Notes under the pieces: generated by a model
Database searches by the model: none
What the model was told of the DNA's origin: nothing
What the model saw: only the letters and a program-made list of their open reading frames with translations
Assembly: GCA_022340845.1 (NCBI GenBank)
Contig: JAJDNG010000136.1
Span: 1 to 47,640, forward strand
Direction: 5' to 3'
DNA length: 47,640 nt
Source: Gammaproteobacteria bacterium
GTDB taxonomy: Bacteria > Pseudomonadota > Gammaproteobacteria > SZUA-152
Part shown: positions 28,197-39,339 of the stretch, in pieces
How positions within the stretch are numbered: position 1 is the first letter of the stretch
Layout of the letters: every line of letters starts with the position of its first letter
Program-made: the position numbers and the translations under genes

Positions 28197-28916
28197 TTAT
28201 TTTGCTTCGACCTTAGTTTCTATGAACCGTAACACGGCTTTACTGATCAAGTGGCTCATCTGGTTCAAATACACGGTTCCCATGCCGGGATGAAAACGGG
28301 TGTCTTCGAAGCTGCCGATGGCCAATAGCCCGAAACCTTTTTGCGCCATCAACGGCAATAAAGCCACTGAACCGATGCGTTCAGATGCACCGGCAAACAA
28401 AAACTCCCGTTGAGTCTGCTTCAACCGTCCACACAGCGGGCGGCCGTCTTCGAAAATCTTGCCAAACAATTGCTTTAAATCATCGGCATTACTGATGAAC
28501 TCGCGGCGGTTCAAAGCGTTGACGACTTTGGGAGTCGCAACGATGCGCAATGCCACGGCATCGGCGGCGAAATCGGTTTTCAGGTTTTGAACCAGCAAAT
28601 TGACCACTTCAGAGACCGAGTCCGCTTCCATTAAATTCAGGGTGAGTTTGTATACCTGACGGTTTAATCTTTCGTTGTCCCGGGCGATTTGCACCAGGTC
28701 ATCCAACTGTTTTTGCAATTTACGGTTTTGTTTGCGAAGCACATCCACCTGGCGCTCCACCAAGGACACGGCACCGCCGGTGACGTGCGGCACTTTTAAA
28801 TCAGTGAGCAGCTGTGTGTGTTTTTCGAAAAAATCGGGATGCTGTTGGAGGAATTTCTCCACATCCTTGTCTGATACGCGCTCTTGTACATCGCCTGGTT
28901 TGGTTTGAATGCTCAT
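28197..28916 (-). CDS. DUF484 family protein (YigA-like, GAF-like fold)
   Basis: The ATG at 28916 overlaps the dapF stop (ATGA). [33 protein letters not shown] is typical of DUF484. It lies between dapF and xerC as in E. coli. Confidence 0.75.
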   Translation of the reverse strand: MSIQTKPGDVQERVSDKDVEKFLQQHPDFFEKHTQLLTDLKVPHVTGGAVSLVERQVDVLRKQNRKLQKQLDDLVQIARDNERLNRQVYKLTLNLMEADSVSEVVNLLVQNLKTDFAADAVALRIVATPKVVNALNRREFISNADDLKQLFGKIFEDGRPLCGRLKQTQREFLFAGASERIGSVALLPLMAQKGFGLLAIGSFEDTRFHPGMGTVYLNQMSHLISKAVLRFIETKVEAK

Positions 28917-29743
28917 ATTGATATACGCCCCTCGAATACGCTTTCCGCCGGACCGGTCATCCACACGGGCTCACCCTCACCCGCCCATTGAACCACTAAT
29001 TGGCCGCCAGGTAAATTAACATTCACCTGCTGCTGCAACAATCCCCATTTGCGGCCCACGACCACCGCCGCACAAGCCCCCGTGCCACACGCCTGGGTTT
29101 CACCCACGCCGCGTTCAAACACCCTCAGCTTTATATTCAGTGTATCAACGATTTGCATAAATCCAACATTGGTTCGTCGGGGAAACCGCTCATGGTGCTC
29201 CAGCAACGGTCCCCAGGTTAACACCGGCGCCTGTGCCACATCATCCACCAATAATACCGCATGCGGATTACCCATGGATAGCGCGCCAATTTCCACATCT
29301 TGCGACGGTAATGCAATAACATAGCGCTCCTTGAGTGAATCCGCCGACAGCGGTATGTCCTTAGGATCAAATTTGGGCACGCCCATATTCACTGTCACCT
29401 GGCCGTCTTCACGCTCGTTGAGCGCAATGACACCGGTATTGGTGCTCACGGTGATGGGATTTTTATCAGTCAATTGCTTGTCGCGTACAAAACGGGCAAA
29501 ACAACGGGCACCGTTTCCGCATTGCTCTACTTCGCCACCGTCGCTGTTAAAAATACGGTAACGAAAATCCACATCCGGGCGATCCGCTGGCTCGACCAAT
29601 AAAAGTTGGTCACATCCCACCCCCCGATGGCGGTCGGCAATGAAACGAATTTGTTCGCCAGTTAATGACACGGTTTGATCGATGGCGTTGATGACCACAA
29701 AGTCGTTACCCAGGCCGTGCATCTTGGTAAATTCCAGTTCCAT
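28913..29743 (-). CDS. dapF: Diaminopimelate epimerase
   Basis: 276 aa. [14 protein letters not shown], catalytic Cys motifs EQCGNGARC and QACGTGACA. Confidence 0.95.
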   Translation of the reverse strand: MELEFTKMHGLGNDFVVINAIDQTVSLTGEQIRFIADRHRGVGCDQLLLVEPADRPDVDFRYRIFNSDGGEVEQCGNGARCFARFVRDKQLTDKNPITVSTNTGVIALNEREDGQVTVNMGVPKFDPKDIPLSADSLKERYVIALPSQDVEIGALSMGNPHAVLLVDDVAQAPVLTWGPLLEHHERFPRRTNVGFMQIVDTLNIKLRVFERGVGETQACGTGACAAVVVGRKWGLLQQQVNVNLPGGQLVVQWAGEGEPVWMTGPAESVFEGRISI

Positions 29744-29749
29744 TCGGCT

Positions 29750-30280
29750 TTATTTTGCTTGTGATTGATTCGTTTGGGTTGGCGCCGATTGAGCTTGCCG
29801 GGTTAAAGGCGCATCCCGGTTCCATTCACCGGATTTGCCACCGCTTTTATGCACCAACCCTATGGCTTCCATGTGCATGCCCCGGTCTACAGCCTTACAC
29901 ATGTCATATATGGTCAATAAGCCCACTTGAACCGCTGTCAGCGCTTCCATTTCCACCCCGGTCTGACCTTGGCTTTGAGCACTCACCCGGCACAACACGC
30001 AGAAATCTTCAATCACAAAATCCACACTGACTTGGGTCAGTGGAATCGGATGACACAAAGGGATTAACTCAGCGGTTTTTTTCGCGCCCATTATGGCGGC
30101 GATGCGGGCCACTGCCAATACATCGCCTTTTTTATGCCCCCTCTCTTTAATCAACGCCAATGTCCCGGCCTGCATGCAAATACGGCCTTCGGCCACCGCC
30201 GCACGCTGGGTAGTGGGTTTGTTGCCCACATCCACCATCACCGCTTGTCCGGATTGATCAAAATGCGTTAGTTTCGTCAT
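29750..30280 (-). CDS. moaC: Cyclic pyranopterin monophosphate synthase MoaC
   Basis: 176 aa. [24 protein letters not shown]..., [20 protein letters not shown]. Carries a ~20-aa Q/T/S-rich C-terminal tail. Confidence 0.9.
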   Translation of the reverse strand: MTKLTHFDQSGQAVMVDVGNKPTTQRAAVAEGRICMQAGTLALIKERGHKKGDVLAVARIAAIMGAKKTAELIPLCHPIPLTQVSVDFVIEDFCVLCRVSAQSQGQTGVEMEALTAVQVGLLTIYDMCKAVDRGMHMEAIGLVHKSGGKSGEWNRDAPLTRQAQSAPTQTNQSQAK

Positions 30281-30288
30281 GGGATTCG

Positions 30289-30330
30289 CTATTGATAATT
30301 AACTATTGATTATTACCTATTGATTATAGT
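30289..30330. repeat. Three tandem 14-bp repeats immediately upstream of the moaC start
   Basis: CTATTGATAATTAA (30289-30302), CTATTGATTATTAC (30303-30316), CTATTGATTATAGT (30317-30330). Confidence 0.9.
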
Positions 30331-30550
30331 CATCAAACGCAGGCATAAGTTACACTTTCAGCCAGTATACCGTAAGATGGGTTGCGTCAAGTCAGCCAAC
30401 GGCTTCAACCAACTATAGTTTGAGCAGTATGGTCCAATCTGACCGTTTCAATGTCAGCGGTCTTAATACCAGAATCACCCATAGCCGAGTGATATATATT
30501 AAAACATGACCTTAAATGATGCGCAGCGCTAAACCCTGTAAAGAGACAAC

Positions 30551-30784
30551 ATGGCCATAACCGCGAAGTTTTTTGCCAGTTTACGCGAGTCATTGGGATT
30601 AGACGAGAGTCGTATCGCACTGTCTGAGGTGAATACTGTGGCCGAGGTGTGGGACCAGGCCACTCAGGGGGCGCAAATGCCGCCCAATACATTAATGGCC
30701 GTGAATATGGAATACGTTACCGGGGATCATCACGTCAAAGATGGCGACGAAGTGGCGTTTTTCCCGCCGGTTTCCGGTGGATAA
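30551..30784 (+). CDS. moaD: Molybdopterin synthase sulfur-carrier subunit MoaD
   Basis: 77 aa, ubiquitin-like. MAITAKFFASLRE...GDEVAFFPPVSGG, ending in the diagnostic Gly-Gly. Confidence 0.85.
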   Translation: MAITAKFFASLRESLGLDESRIALSEVNTVAEVWDQATQGAQMPPNTLMAVNMEYVTGDHHVKDGDEVAFFPPVSGG

Positions 30785-30938
30785 AATCGATAACCCACCG
30801 CCGGTAGCAAATCAGTAGGCCGTAGACCATCAGAGTGGTATTTTCCGTGAGTGATCCATTGTTTCGCGCGGCATAGAAAATGGTTCACCTGCTATCACAC
30901 GCACCTTGTCCATTATCATTTGACGATGAAAAAACACT

Positions 30939-31379
30939 ATGAAAATTGAACTCTACGCCAATGCATTTAATCCGTGGGAGGAGTTGAACCGCTATCAAAA
31001 CACCCACGCGCTGCAAGGCCGTGTTGGCGCAGCGTGTGTGTTTGTCGGTACCATGCGGGATTTCAATGAAGGCGATACTGTAAGCGCCATGTACCTGGAA
31101 CATTACCCGGAAATGACCAGCGCGTATTTACAAAAAATCGCCGCCGAGGCCCAGCAAAAATGGCCGATCGAAGACCTCGTGATGCTGCACCGCTACGGCC
31201 AGATCCAACCCAACGACACTATTGTGTTGTTAGCGGTGTGGAGTGCACACCGGGAGTCGGCGTTTGCCGCCTGCCGCTACCTCATTGAAGAGCTTAAAAC
31301 CCGGGCGCCCTTCTGGAAAAAAGAAACCTTGTTGGCGGACAATTCCAGCCGCTGGGTTCAAGGTACGCTTAAGGCATAA
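30939..31379 (+). CDS. moaE: Molybdopterin synthase catalytic subunit MoaE
   Basis: 146 aa. ...GAACVFVGTMRDFNEGD...LEHYPEMT...APFWKKE. Follows moaD after a 154-bp gap. Confidence 0.8.
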   Translation: MKIELYANAFNPWEELNRYQNTHALQGRVGAACVFVGTMRDFNEGDTVSAMYLEHYPEMTSAYLQKIAAEAQQKWPIEDLVMLHRYGQIQPNDTIVLLAVWSAHRESAFAACRYLIEELKTRAPFWKKETLLADNSSRWVQGTLKA

Positions 31380-31430
31380 AATCACTTCACACCTTGACTA
31401 CTTTTTCGTCTTTAGCGGTTTACCAATGCA

Positions 31431-31988
31431 TCAATCATGAACCGTGACATGGGGTTTGTTATACGCCATGGATTCAGCCACTGGGACATAGTGGATTTCA
31501 AAACGCATGGTACTCAAGTCCCCAATCACATAAGTAGGATCGGCGCCGACTCCGCCCACGGTGCCGGGATTGATCAACACGGTGGTGGTTTGTTTAATGG
31601 TTGCCACCTCACGGATTTCCACCCTGTGATCATGGCCGCAGCACACCAAATCCCACTCTCCAGTGGTGCTTAAAGCTCGTGCGTAGTGGGGATAATGCAC
31701 CAGGAATATTTTTCGCCCCGCCAATTCCATCCCGGCGTCCTGGCCATAAAAATTCACTACACTTTCGGGTTCCTGGGCCAGCATGGTCATGTTGTACAAA
31801 TCACCGGTATTGTTGCCATGAATCACGTGCACGGGCAAGCCGTGCTTCTGTAATACCCGCAACGTGGTTGGCGCCACCACATCACCGCAGTGCAACACAG
31901 CTTGCGCGCCGGCGGCTTTGGCGTCTTCCACGGCAACGTCCAACAGTTTTCGGTTGTCATGGCTATCGGATAGGATACAAATTTTCAT
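31431..31988 (-). CDS. Metallophosphoesterase, YfcE/MJ0936 family
   Basis: 185 aa. MKICILSDSHDN, LHCGDV, IHGNN, CCGHDH motifs. Confidence 0.8.
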   Translation of the reverse strand: MKICILSDSHDNRKLLDVAVEDAKAAGAQAVLHCGDVVAPTTLRVLQKHGLPVHVIHGNNTGDLYNMTMLAQEPESVVNFYGQDAGMELAGRKIFLVHYPHYARALSTTGEWDLVCCGHDHRVEIREVATIKQTTTVLINPGTVGGVGADPTYVIGDLSTMRFEIHYVPVAESMAYNKPHVTVHD

Positions 31989-32317
31989 AAAAGCCTTCCA
32001 AATTCAATGAATACTCGAAATTTTCTTTTATAATCAGACAAATAGCGATTACCAGCGGATTATCGCCGCCTTCAATATGAACCACTGTCAGGGGGTACTT
32101 CAGGAATTGCTTTCGTGATTTACATCAATAGAGCAGAATAATCACCCGAAATTGCGCTTTTGGCCGGTTGTGTACCCAATTCTAACCCAGTTATGATAGC
32201 AAAGCTCTAAAAACAGCATCACTAAAAATGATGGGAGGACGGTACGGCAGTTTCAAGCATGACAAACAAAAATAAATTAAGGCCGGTCAAACAAAGTTCC
32301 ACTTAGATTCCGCACCT

Positions 32318-32367
32318 ACACGCTACCCACTGGCAAGCGGTTTGCCGGTGCTTCTCCGGTAGTGTGT
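32318..32367 (+). promoter_or_regulatory. 50-nt imperfect palindrome / potential RNA hairpin about 95 nt upstream of hppA; its centre also matches a sigma-54 -24/-12 pattern
   Basis: Outer stem ACACGCTACC (32318-32327) pairs with GGTAGTGTGT (32358-32367). Inner 9-bp stem runs from 32328 to 32350, around loop GCGGT. TGGCAA-GCGGT-TTGCC lies at 32331-32346. Confidence 0.4.
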
Positions 32368-32459
32368 GCTGGCATTAAAAGAGACATCGGTGAGGGATCG
32401 TCGTTACACTGCTGTTTGACTGGATTGAAAACAACAACAAGTCGGAGGATGTCACGGGA

Positions 32460-34481
<2,022 letters not shown>

Positions 34482-34541
34482 TCTGCGTTGCTTTAAGCGG
34501 GTTGATTTGCACCCGCTAAGCCTTTTTACGGTATCAATAGT

Positions 34542-34579
34542 AAAAGCCCTTATTCAACTTATTGGATAAGGGCTTTTTT
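34542..34579 (+). terminator. Strong rho-independent terminator after hppA
   Basis: AAAAGCCCTTATTCAA - CTTA - TTGGATAAGGGCTTTT, about 16 bp with one G.U pair, running into T6. A weaker hairpin AGCGGGT...ACCCGCT lies at ~34496-34517. Confidence 0.85.
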
Positions 34580-34745
34580 CATTCCCCGCTGGTTTACTTT
34601 TCCCTCATGTTTAAAAGTGTTCACCGTACCGCTGGCTGGTTTATTGGTCTAATATAACAAAGCGGATGAATGTGGTGTTGCCGGTGAGACGTTTGGACTT
34701 GCTGCAGCCGCCACACGATCAACTCGCCAATTGATTTACCTTATT

Positions 34746-37700
34746 ATGCAAACGACCCGACCATCGCCAGCCGATCAATATTATCGCGTTTTGTTTGATG
34801 CCAGCAATGATGTGATGTTAGTGCTGGAACCTCGAAGCGGAATGATTCTGGATGCCAATCACGCATTCACTGAATTGTTTGGCTACACCAGCGCCGAGTG
34901 GGAGAATTTGTCCTTATCCTCCGTTGTGTGCAATGAAAAACAGGCGTTCTCCGACACGCTATCCACAGGACTGCATGCTCTGAGGGAGCCACTGAAATTT
35001 GAATGCCTTGCGGTGTGTAAATCCCAGGCAAATTTCTGGGTACAAGCCCTTCTCAAACCCATCGTGATCAACGAACAACAACGGGTTCTCGCAATCCTTC
35101 AGGATATCAGCGAATACAAACACATCGAATCGAGTTTGATGGATTCGGAAAAGCACTGGCGCACTTTAGCGGAAAACGTGCCCGATTTCATTGTCATCGT
35201 AGATCGGCAAGGCACTATGCAGTTCGTGAACAAAGTGTCACCCGGGAGGGAAAAAAGCGACATCATCGGCAAGTCTATGTTCGATTTTCAACCGCCTGAG
35301 TATCATGAACCCATGCAGCGCTGTTTGCAGCAGGTTTTCACTAGCGCAAAAGTCTGTACCTTGCAAACCGTCGCCACCGGCCCGCAAGGGGATTTAGGCC
35401 ACTATTTCGTCCGCTTCTCCCCGATTGAGGAAAACCGTCAGGTCGCTGCGGCGCTGCTTATCGCCACCGATATCACCGAGCAAAAGCAAACCCAAGACGC
35501 TTTACATCAATCCGAAGAAAAATTCAAAAAAGCGTTTTACGCCAGCCCCGATGTCATCGCCATCACACGGTTAGGCGACGGCATGATTCTGGAAGTCAAC
35601 GATAGCTTTGAACACATAACCGGCTACCACAAGCAAGAAGCCATTGGCCGCACCACGCTAGGACTCAATATATACGCCGACCCTGACGAGCGCCAGGCAT
35701 TGATCCAGCGCCTGCATGAGACGCACAGCGTCAAAGATTTTCCCTGGACCATGCGCACCAAATCCGGCGAACTCAAAGATTGTCTGATATCAAGCGAAGT
35801 ATTCACCATAGGCGACGAAACCCATATGGTTTCGGCGATCCGTGACATCACCGCCGCCAATAAAACCGAACAAGCGTTGCGTACCAACGAGGCCTCGTTA
35901 CGCAAAGCGCATGAAATTGCCAACATTGGCAATTGGAGCTGGGACTTGCACACCAACCAAGTAGTGTGGTCGGACAACCTTTACCGGATCTACGGCTTTG
36001 ATAAAGCCTCTTATGAAGGCGATGTGTGGGACATTATCTTCCAGACTATCCATCCGGAGGATAAAACCAAACTGGAATCCACCTTGCACAACATCAGTAC
36101 CGAACACAAACCCAATTGGAGAATGGACTACCGTATAATCCGCCCCGACGGCGAACTGCGTTATTTGTGGGGCGACGGGGAGTATCTGTATGATGACGCC
36201 GGCAATCTGGTCAAAGTCATAGGTATCGTGCAAGACGTTACCGAACGCGTTCTCAATCAACAAGCCCTACTACGATCGGAAAAAGAACTCAAACAACGCA
36301 ACTTGTCATTGGCCACCATTAACGCCATTGCTGACCGGGTGTTTCGCTCCTTCGATGTGCAGTCTATTGCTCACGAGGTGGTGGCCGCGATCGCCGAATT
36401 TTCCAACTCGCCTTCGATTTCGTTTTATCTGCTCAACCACCAAAACCGGACTCTGGACCTGGCTCACAGCAGCGAAACCGATAAGACCATGTTAAACAAA
36501 GTACGGCAACTGCCCATCGATGGCTCGATCTCCGGCCGCGCTGTGGTGGAGAAAACAATATTTGCGGCTGAAGACATACGCAATGATAAGCGCATGCACG
36601 AAGGTGCCAAAAACGCGGCCTTGCAACAAGGTTATGTATCCGCCGTGTGTCTGCCGGCAATTTTTCAAGATGAAGTATTGGCGATAATCAATTTCGCCTA
36701 TAAAGAGCGGCGAGAGTTTTCCCATGCCGAAGTCGAAACCTATTTGGCCATCGGCAAATCCGTCGGCCTGGCATTGGCCAATGCCCGGCATATTTCCCAA
36801 CTTGAAATAGAAATGCGCGAGCGCCAGCAAGCCGAAGAAACCTTGCGCAATATCGCTGTCGGTGTCTCGGCGGCGACGGGGAGTGAATTTTTTCGCTCAT
36901 TAGTGACCAACGTCGCCACCACATTTGCGATCGACTTTGCCTTTCTCGGTGAATTGGACAAAACCACGAGAGACAAAATTAATACCATCGCCGTTTGGGT
37001 TAAAGGCTCCATGGCGCCGAATTTCCAATACGATCTCGAACACACCCCTTGCAAAAACGTCGTGAATAAACAGCCATGCATCATCACGGATTCGGTGCAA
37101 CAACAATATCCTAAGGATTTGCTGTTTCAGGACATGGGCGTGGAAAGTTATATCGGTACACCATTGCGTGACTCCAGCGGCGATGTCATTGGTCTGTTTG
37201 TGGCCATGCACAGCAAACCTTTGTACAACCCAGATTTGATCATGTCCACGCTGCAGGTTTTCGCCGTCAGGGCGGCGGCGGAAATGGAGCGGCTCGCCGG
37301 CGAAGCAGCACTACGTAGCAGCGAAGAGCATTTGCGCCTGGCTCTACATTCTTCCAACGTAGGCACATGGGAATGGAATATCGAAAGCGGGGAAGTAATC
37401 TGGTCACAAAACGTGGAAAAGATTTTCAATCTGCCGTCCGGCTCTTTCGGAGGGAGTTACACCGACTATTTCGATTTAATTAAACCTGAAGATGTTGCGC
37501 ACGTGCAAACCGCCATAGATGGTGCCATCAAGGGAATTAGTCCGTATGCAGTGGAACACCGGATAAAAAACAACGGCGACAAAGAGCATGGTGAGCGCTG
37601 GATTTACTGTCAGGGCGAGGTGCATCGCGATGCGGCGGGCAAACCCATTCGCATGCTGGGTACCATATCGGACATTAGCGAGCGTAAATACGCCGAACTC

Positions 37701-39212
37701 AACACCAAAGCTTCGCAAAAGATGCTGCAACTGGTGTTGGACTCCATTCCTGTGCGGGTATTTTGGAAAGATCTCAATTCTGTGTTCCTGGGCTGTAACA
37801 AATTATTTGCTGGGGATGCCGGGATACAAAACGCGCAACAAATTATCGGCAAAACGGATTACGACATGTCGTGGCGCGCACAAGCGGATGACTACCGCCG
37901 CGACGACCAGGAAGTGATGCGCAGTGGGGTACCGAAACTGCGTTACGAAGAAGCCCAAACCCAAAAAGACAAGACCGTATGGCTGCAAACCAGCAAAATT
38001 CCCCTCACCGATCTTAGCGGCAACATTATCGGCCTATTAGGCACCTACTCGGATATCACCGAACGCAAACAAGCCCTGGAAGACAAGCGCCGCTCCGAAC
38101 AACGGCTGATGCTGCATTTCAAACAAACTCCCCTGGCGGTAATCGAATGGAATACCGACATGAAAATTGTCGAATGGAACCAGGCGGCGGAACGTATCTT
38201 CGGTTATACCCGCGACGAAGCCATTGGCCGTCAAGTTATCGACCTGATCATACCGAAGGACTACAAAAATCAAGTCAATCGTGTGGCCGATACCTTATTA
38301 AGCAAGCAGGGAGCACGTCGCCACACCAATCGAAACATCACCAAAGACGGCCGAATTATCACTTGCGAATGGTACAACACACCGCTGGTAGACGACACCG
38401 GCCAGGTTATCGGTGTTGCCTCAGCGGCTATGGACATTACTGAACGAATCAAAACTGAACAGGAACTGGCACAATACCGCGAGCACTTGGAAGAACTGGT
38501 CACCCAGCGCACTGACGAACTCACCCGAGTCAACAAGGAACTGGAGGCGTTTTCCTATTCCGTATCCCATGACTTGCGCGCACCGCTGCGATCCATAGAC
38601 GGTTTCAGCCAGATACTACTGGAAGACTATGTGAATACGCTGGACGAACAAGGCAAAGAATATTTACAACGCGTTCGCAACGGTGCTCAGCGTATGGCAC
38701 AGCTCATTGATGACATGCTGAGACTGTCCCGCCTTACCCGCAGCCAACTCGCCTATCAAGTGGTGAATTTAAGCGAAATCTCCACAGAGATTATCGCAGC
38801 GCTGCAAAACGAATCACCACAGCGTTCGGTTGAGGTTCACATTGCGCCAGACCTGTTGGCACACGGTGACGAAAGCTTACTCATTGCCGTGTTGGACAAT
38901 CTCATCAGTAATGCCTGGAAATATACCAGTAAAAAACCGCACTCGGTGATCGAAATCGGCGGCTTCGCCGATGACAAGGAAACCACTTATTGGATCAAAG
39001 ACAATGGCGCCGGTTTTAACATGAAATACGTCGACAAACTGTTTGGTGCTTTTCAACGCCTGCATCACATTCACGAATTTGAAGGCAGTGGCATAGGACT
39101 GGCGACAGTTGCCCGCATCATTCATCGCCACGGCGGCAGTGTGTGGGCAGAAGGCGAGGAAAACCGGGGCGCAACCTTTTATTTTACCCTGCCAAATCCC
39201 GACACCCGATAA
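34746..39212 (+). CDS. Very large soluble multi-sensor histidine kinase (about 7 PAS/PAC + 2 GAF modules, HisKA, HATPase_c; no TM segment, no receiver)
   Basis: The ORF opens at TTG 34731; the first ATG is at 34746. Repeated PAS starts (e.g. FKKAFYASPDVIAITRLGDGMILEVNDSFEHITGY; IANIGNWSWDLHTNQVVWSD; SNVGTWEWNIESGEVIWSQ; KQTPLAVIEWNTDMKIVEWNQAAERIFGY), each ending in DIT/SERK-type PAC motifs. H-box FSYSVSHDLRAPLRSI, N-box LDNLISNAWKYT, G-boxes DNGAGF and GSGIGLA. Confidence 0.9.
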   Translation: MQTTRPSPADQYYRVLFDASNDVMLVLEPRSGMILDANHAFTELFGYTSAEWENLSLSSVVCNEKQAFSDTLSTGLHALREPLKFECLAVCKSQANFWVQALLKPIVINEQQRVLAILQDISEYKHIESSLMDSEKHWRTLAENVPDFIVIVDRQGTMQFVNKVSPGREKSDIIGKSMFDFQPPEYHEPMQRCLQQVFTSAKVCTLQTVATGPQGDLGHYFVRFSPIEENRQVAAALLIATDITEQKQTQDALHQSEEKFKKAFYASPDVIAITRLGDGMILEVNDSFEHITGYHKQEAIGRTTLGLNIYADPDERQALIQRLHETHSVKDFPWTMRTKSGELKDCLISSEVFTIGDETHMVSAIRDITAANKTEQALRTNEASLRKAHEIANIGNWSWDLHTNQVVWSDNLYRIYGFDKASYEGDVWDIIFQTIHPEDKTKLESTLHNISTEHKPNWRMDYRIIRPDGELRYLWGDGEYLYDDAGNLVKVIGIVQDVTERVLNQQALLRSEKELKQRNLSLATINAIADRVFRSFDVQSIAHEVVAAIAEFSNSPSISFYLLNHQNRTLDLAHSSETDKTMLNKVRQLPIDGSISGRAVVEKTIFAAEDIRNDKRMHEGAKNAALQQGYVSAVCLPAIFQDEVLAIINFAYKERREFSHAEVETYLAIGKSVGLALANARHISQLEIEMRERQQAEETLRNIAVGVSAATGSEFFRSLVTNVATTFAIDFAFLGELDKTTRDKINTIAVWVKGSMAPNFQYDLEHTPCKNVVNKQPCIITDSVQQQYPKDLLFQDMGVESYIGTPLRDSSGDVIGLFVAMHSKPLYNPDLIMSTLQVFAVRAAAEMERLAGEAALRSSEEHLRLALHSSNVGTWEWNIESGEVIWSQNVEKIFNLPSGSFGGSYTDYFDLIKPEDVAHVQTAIDGAIKGISPYAVEHRIKNNGDKEHGERWIYCQGEVHRDAAGKPIRMLGTISDISERKYAELNTKASQKMLQLVLDSIPVRVFWKDLNSVFLGCNKLFAGDAGIQNAQQIIGKTDYDMSWRAQADDYRRDDQEVMRSGVPKLRYEEAQTQKDKTVWLQTSKIPLTDLSGNIIGLLGTYSDITERKQALEDKRRSEQRLMLHFKQTPLAVIEWNTDMKIVEWNQAAERIFGYTRDEAIGRQVIDLIIPKDYKNQVNRVADTLLSKQGARRHTNRNITKDGRIITCEWYNTPLVDDTGQVIGVASAAMDITERIKTEQELAQYREHLEELVTQRTDELTRVNKELEAFSYSVSHDLRAPLRSIDGFSQILLEDYVNTLDEQGKEYLQRVRNGAQRMAQLIDDMLRLSRLTRSQLAYQVVNLSEISTEIIAALQNESPQRSVEVHIAPDLLAHGDESLLIAVLDNLISNAWKYTSKKPHSVIEIGGFADDKETTYWIKDNGAGFNMKYVDKLFGAFQRLHHIHEFEGSGIGLATVARIIHRHGGSVWAEGEENRGATFYFTLPNPDTR

Positions 39213-39278
39213 CCAAGCCACGCGCAAAACGCTACCCAGCGTCCAATTGACAGCGACGGAATCGGTATCTCCTCGCAT

Positions 39279-39311
39279 AAAAAAACCCTTATCCGCCCGG
39301 ATAAGGGTTTT
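39279..39311. terminator. Bidirectional rho-independent terminator shared by the PAS/GAF kinase (+) and pfp (-)
   Basis: A7 - CCCTTATCCG - CC - CGGATAAGGG - TTTT. This gives a U-run after the hairpin in both orientations, 7 U for the minus-strand transcript. Confidence 0.85.
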
Positions 39312-39339
39312 GTGAACAACAAAATCAAGCGAATCGATC

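Noticed and set aside
1151-30330. Possibility that the short tandem repeats (1151-1195, 12554-12591, 30289-30330) are CRISPR arrays
   Set aside because: The units are 14-15 bp and directly abutting, with no unique spacers, there are only 2-3 copies, and no cas genes are nearby.
30281-30938. Moco riboswitch upstream of moaC, moaD or moaE
   Set aside because: I looked for the conserved Moco RNA motif features but could not recognise them by eye. This needs a covariance-model scan, so it is not reported as a feature.
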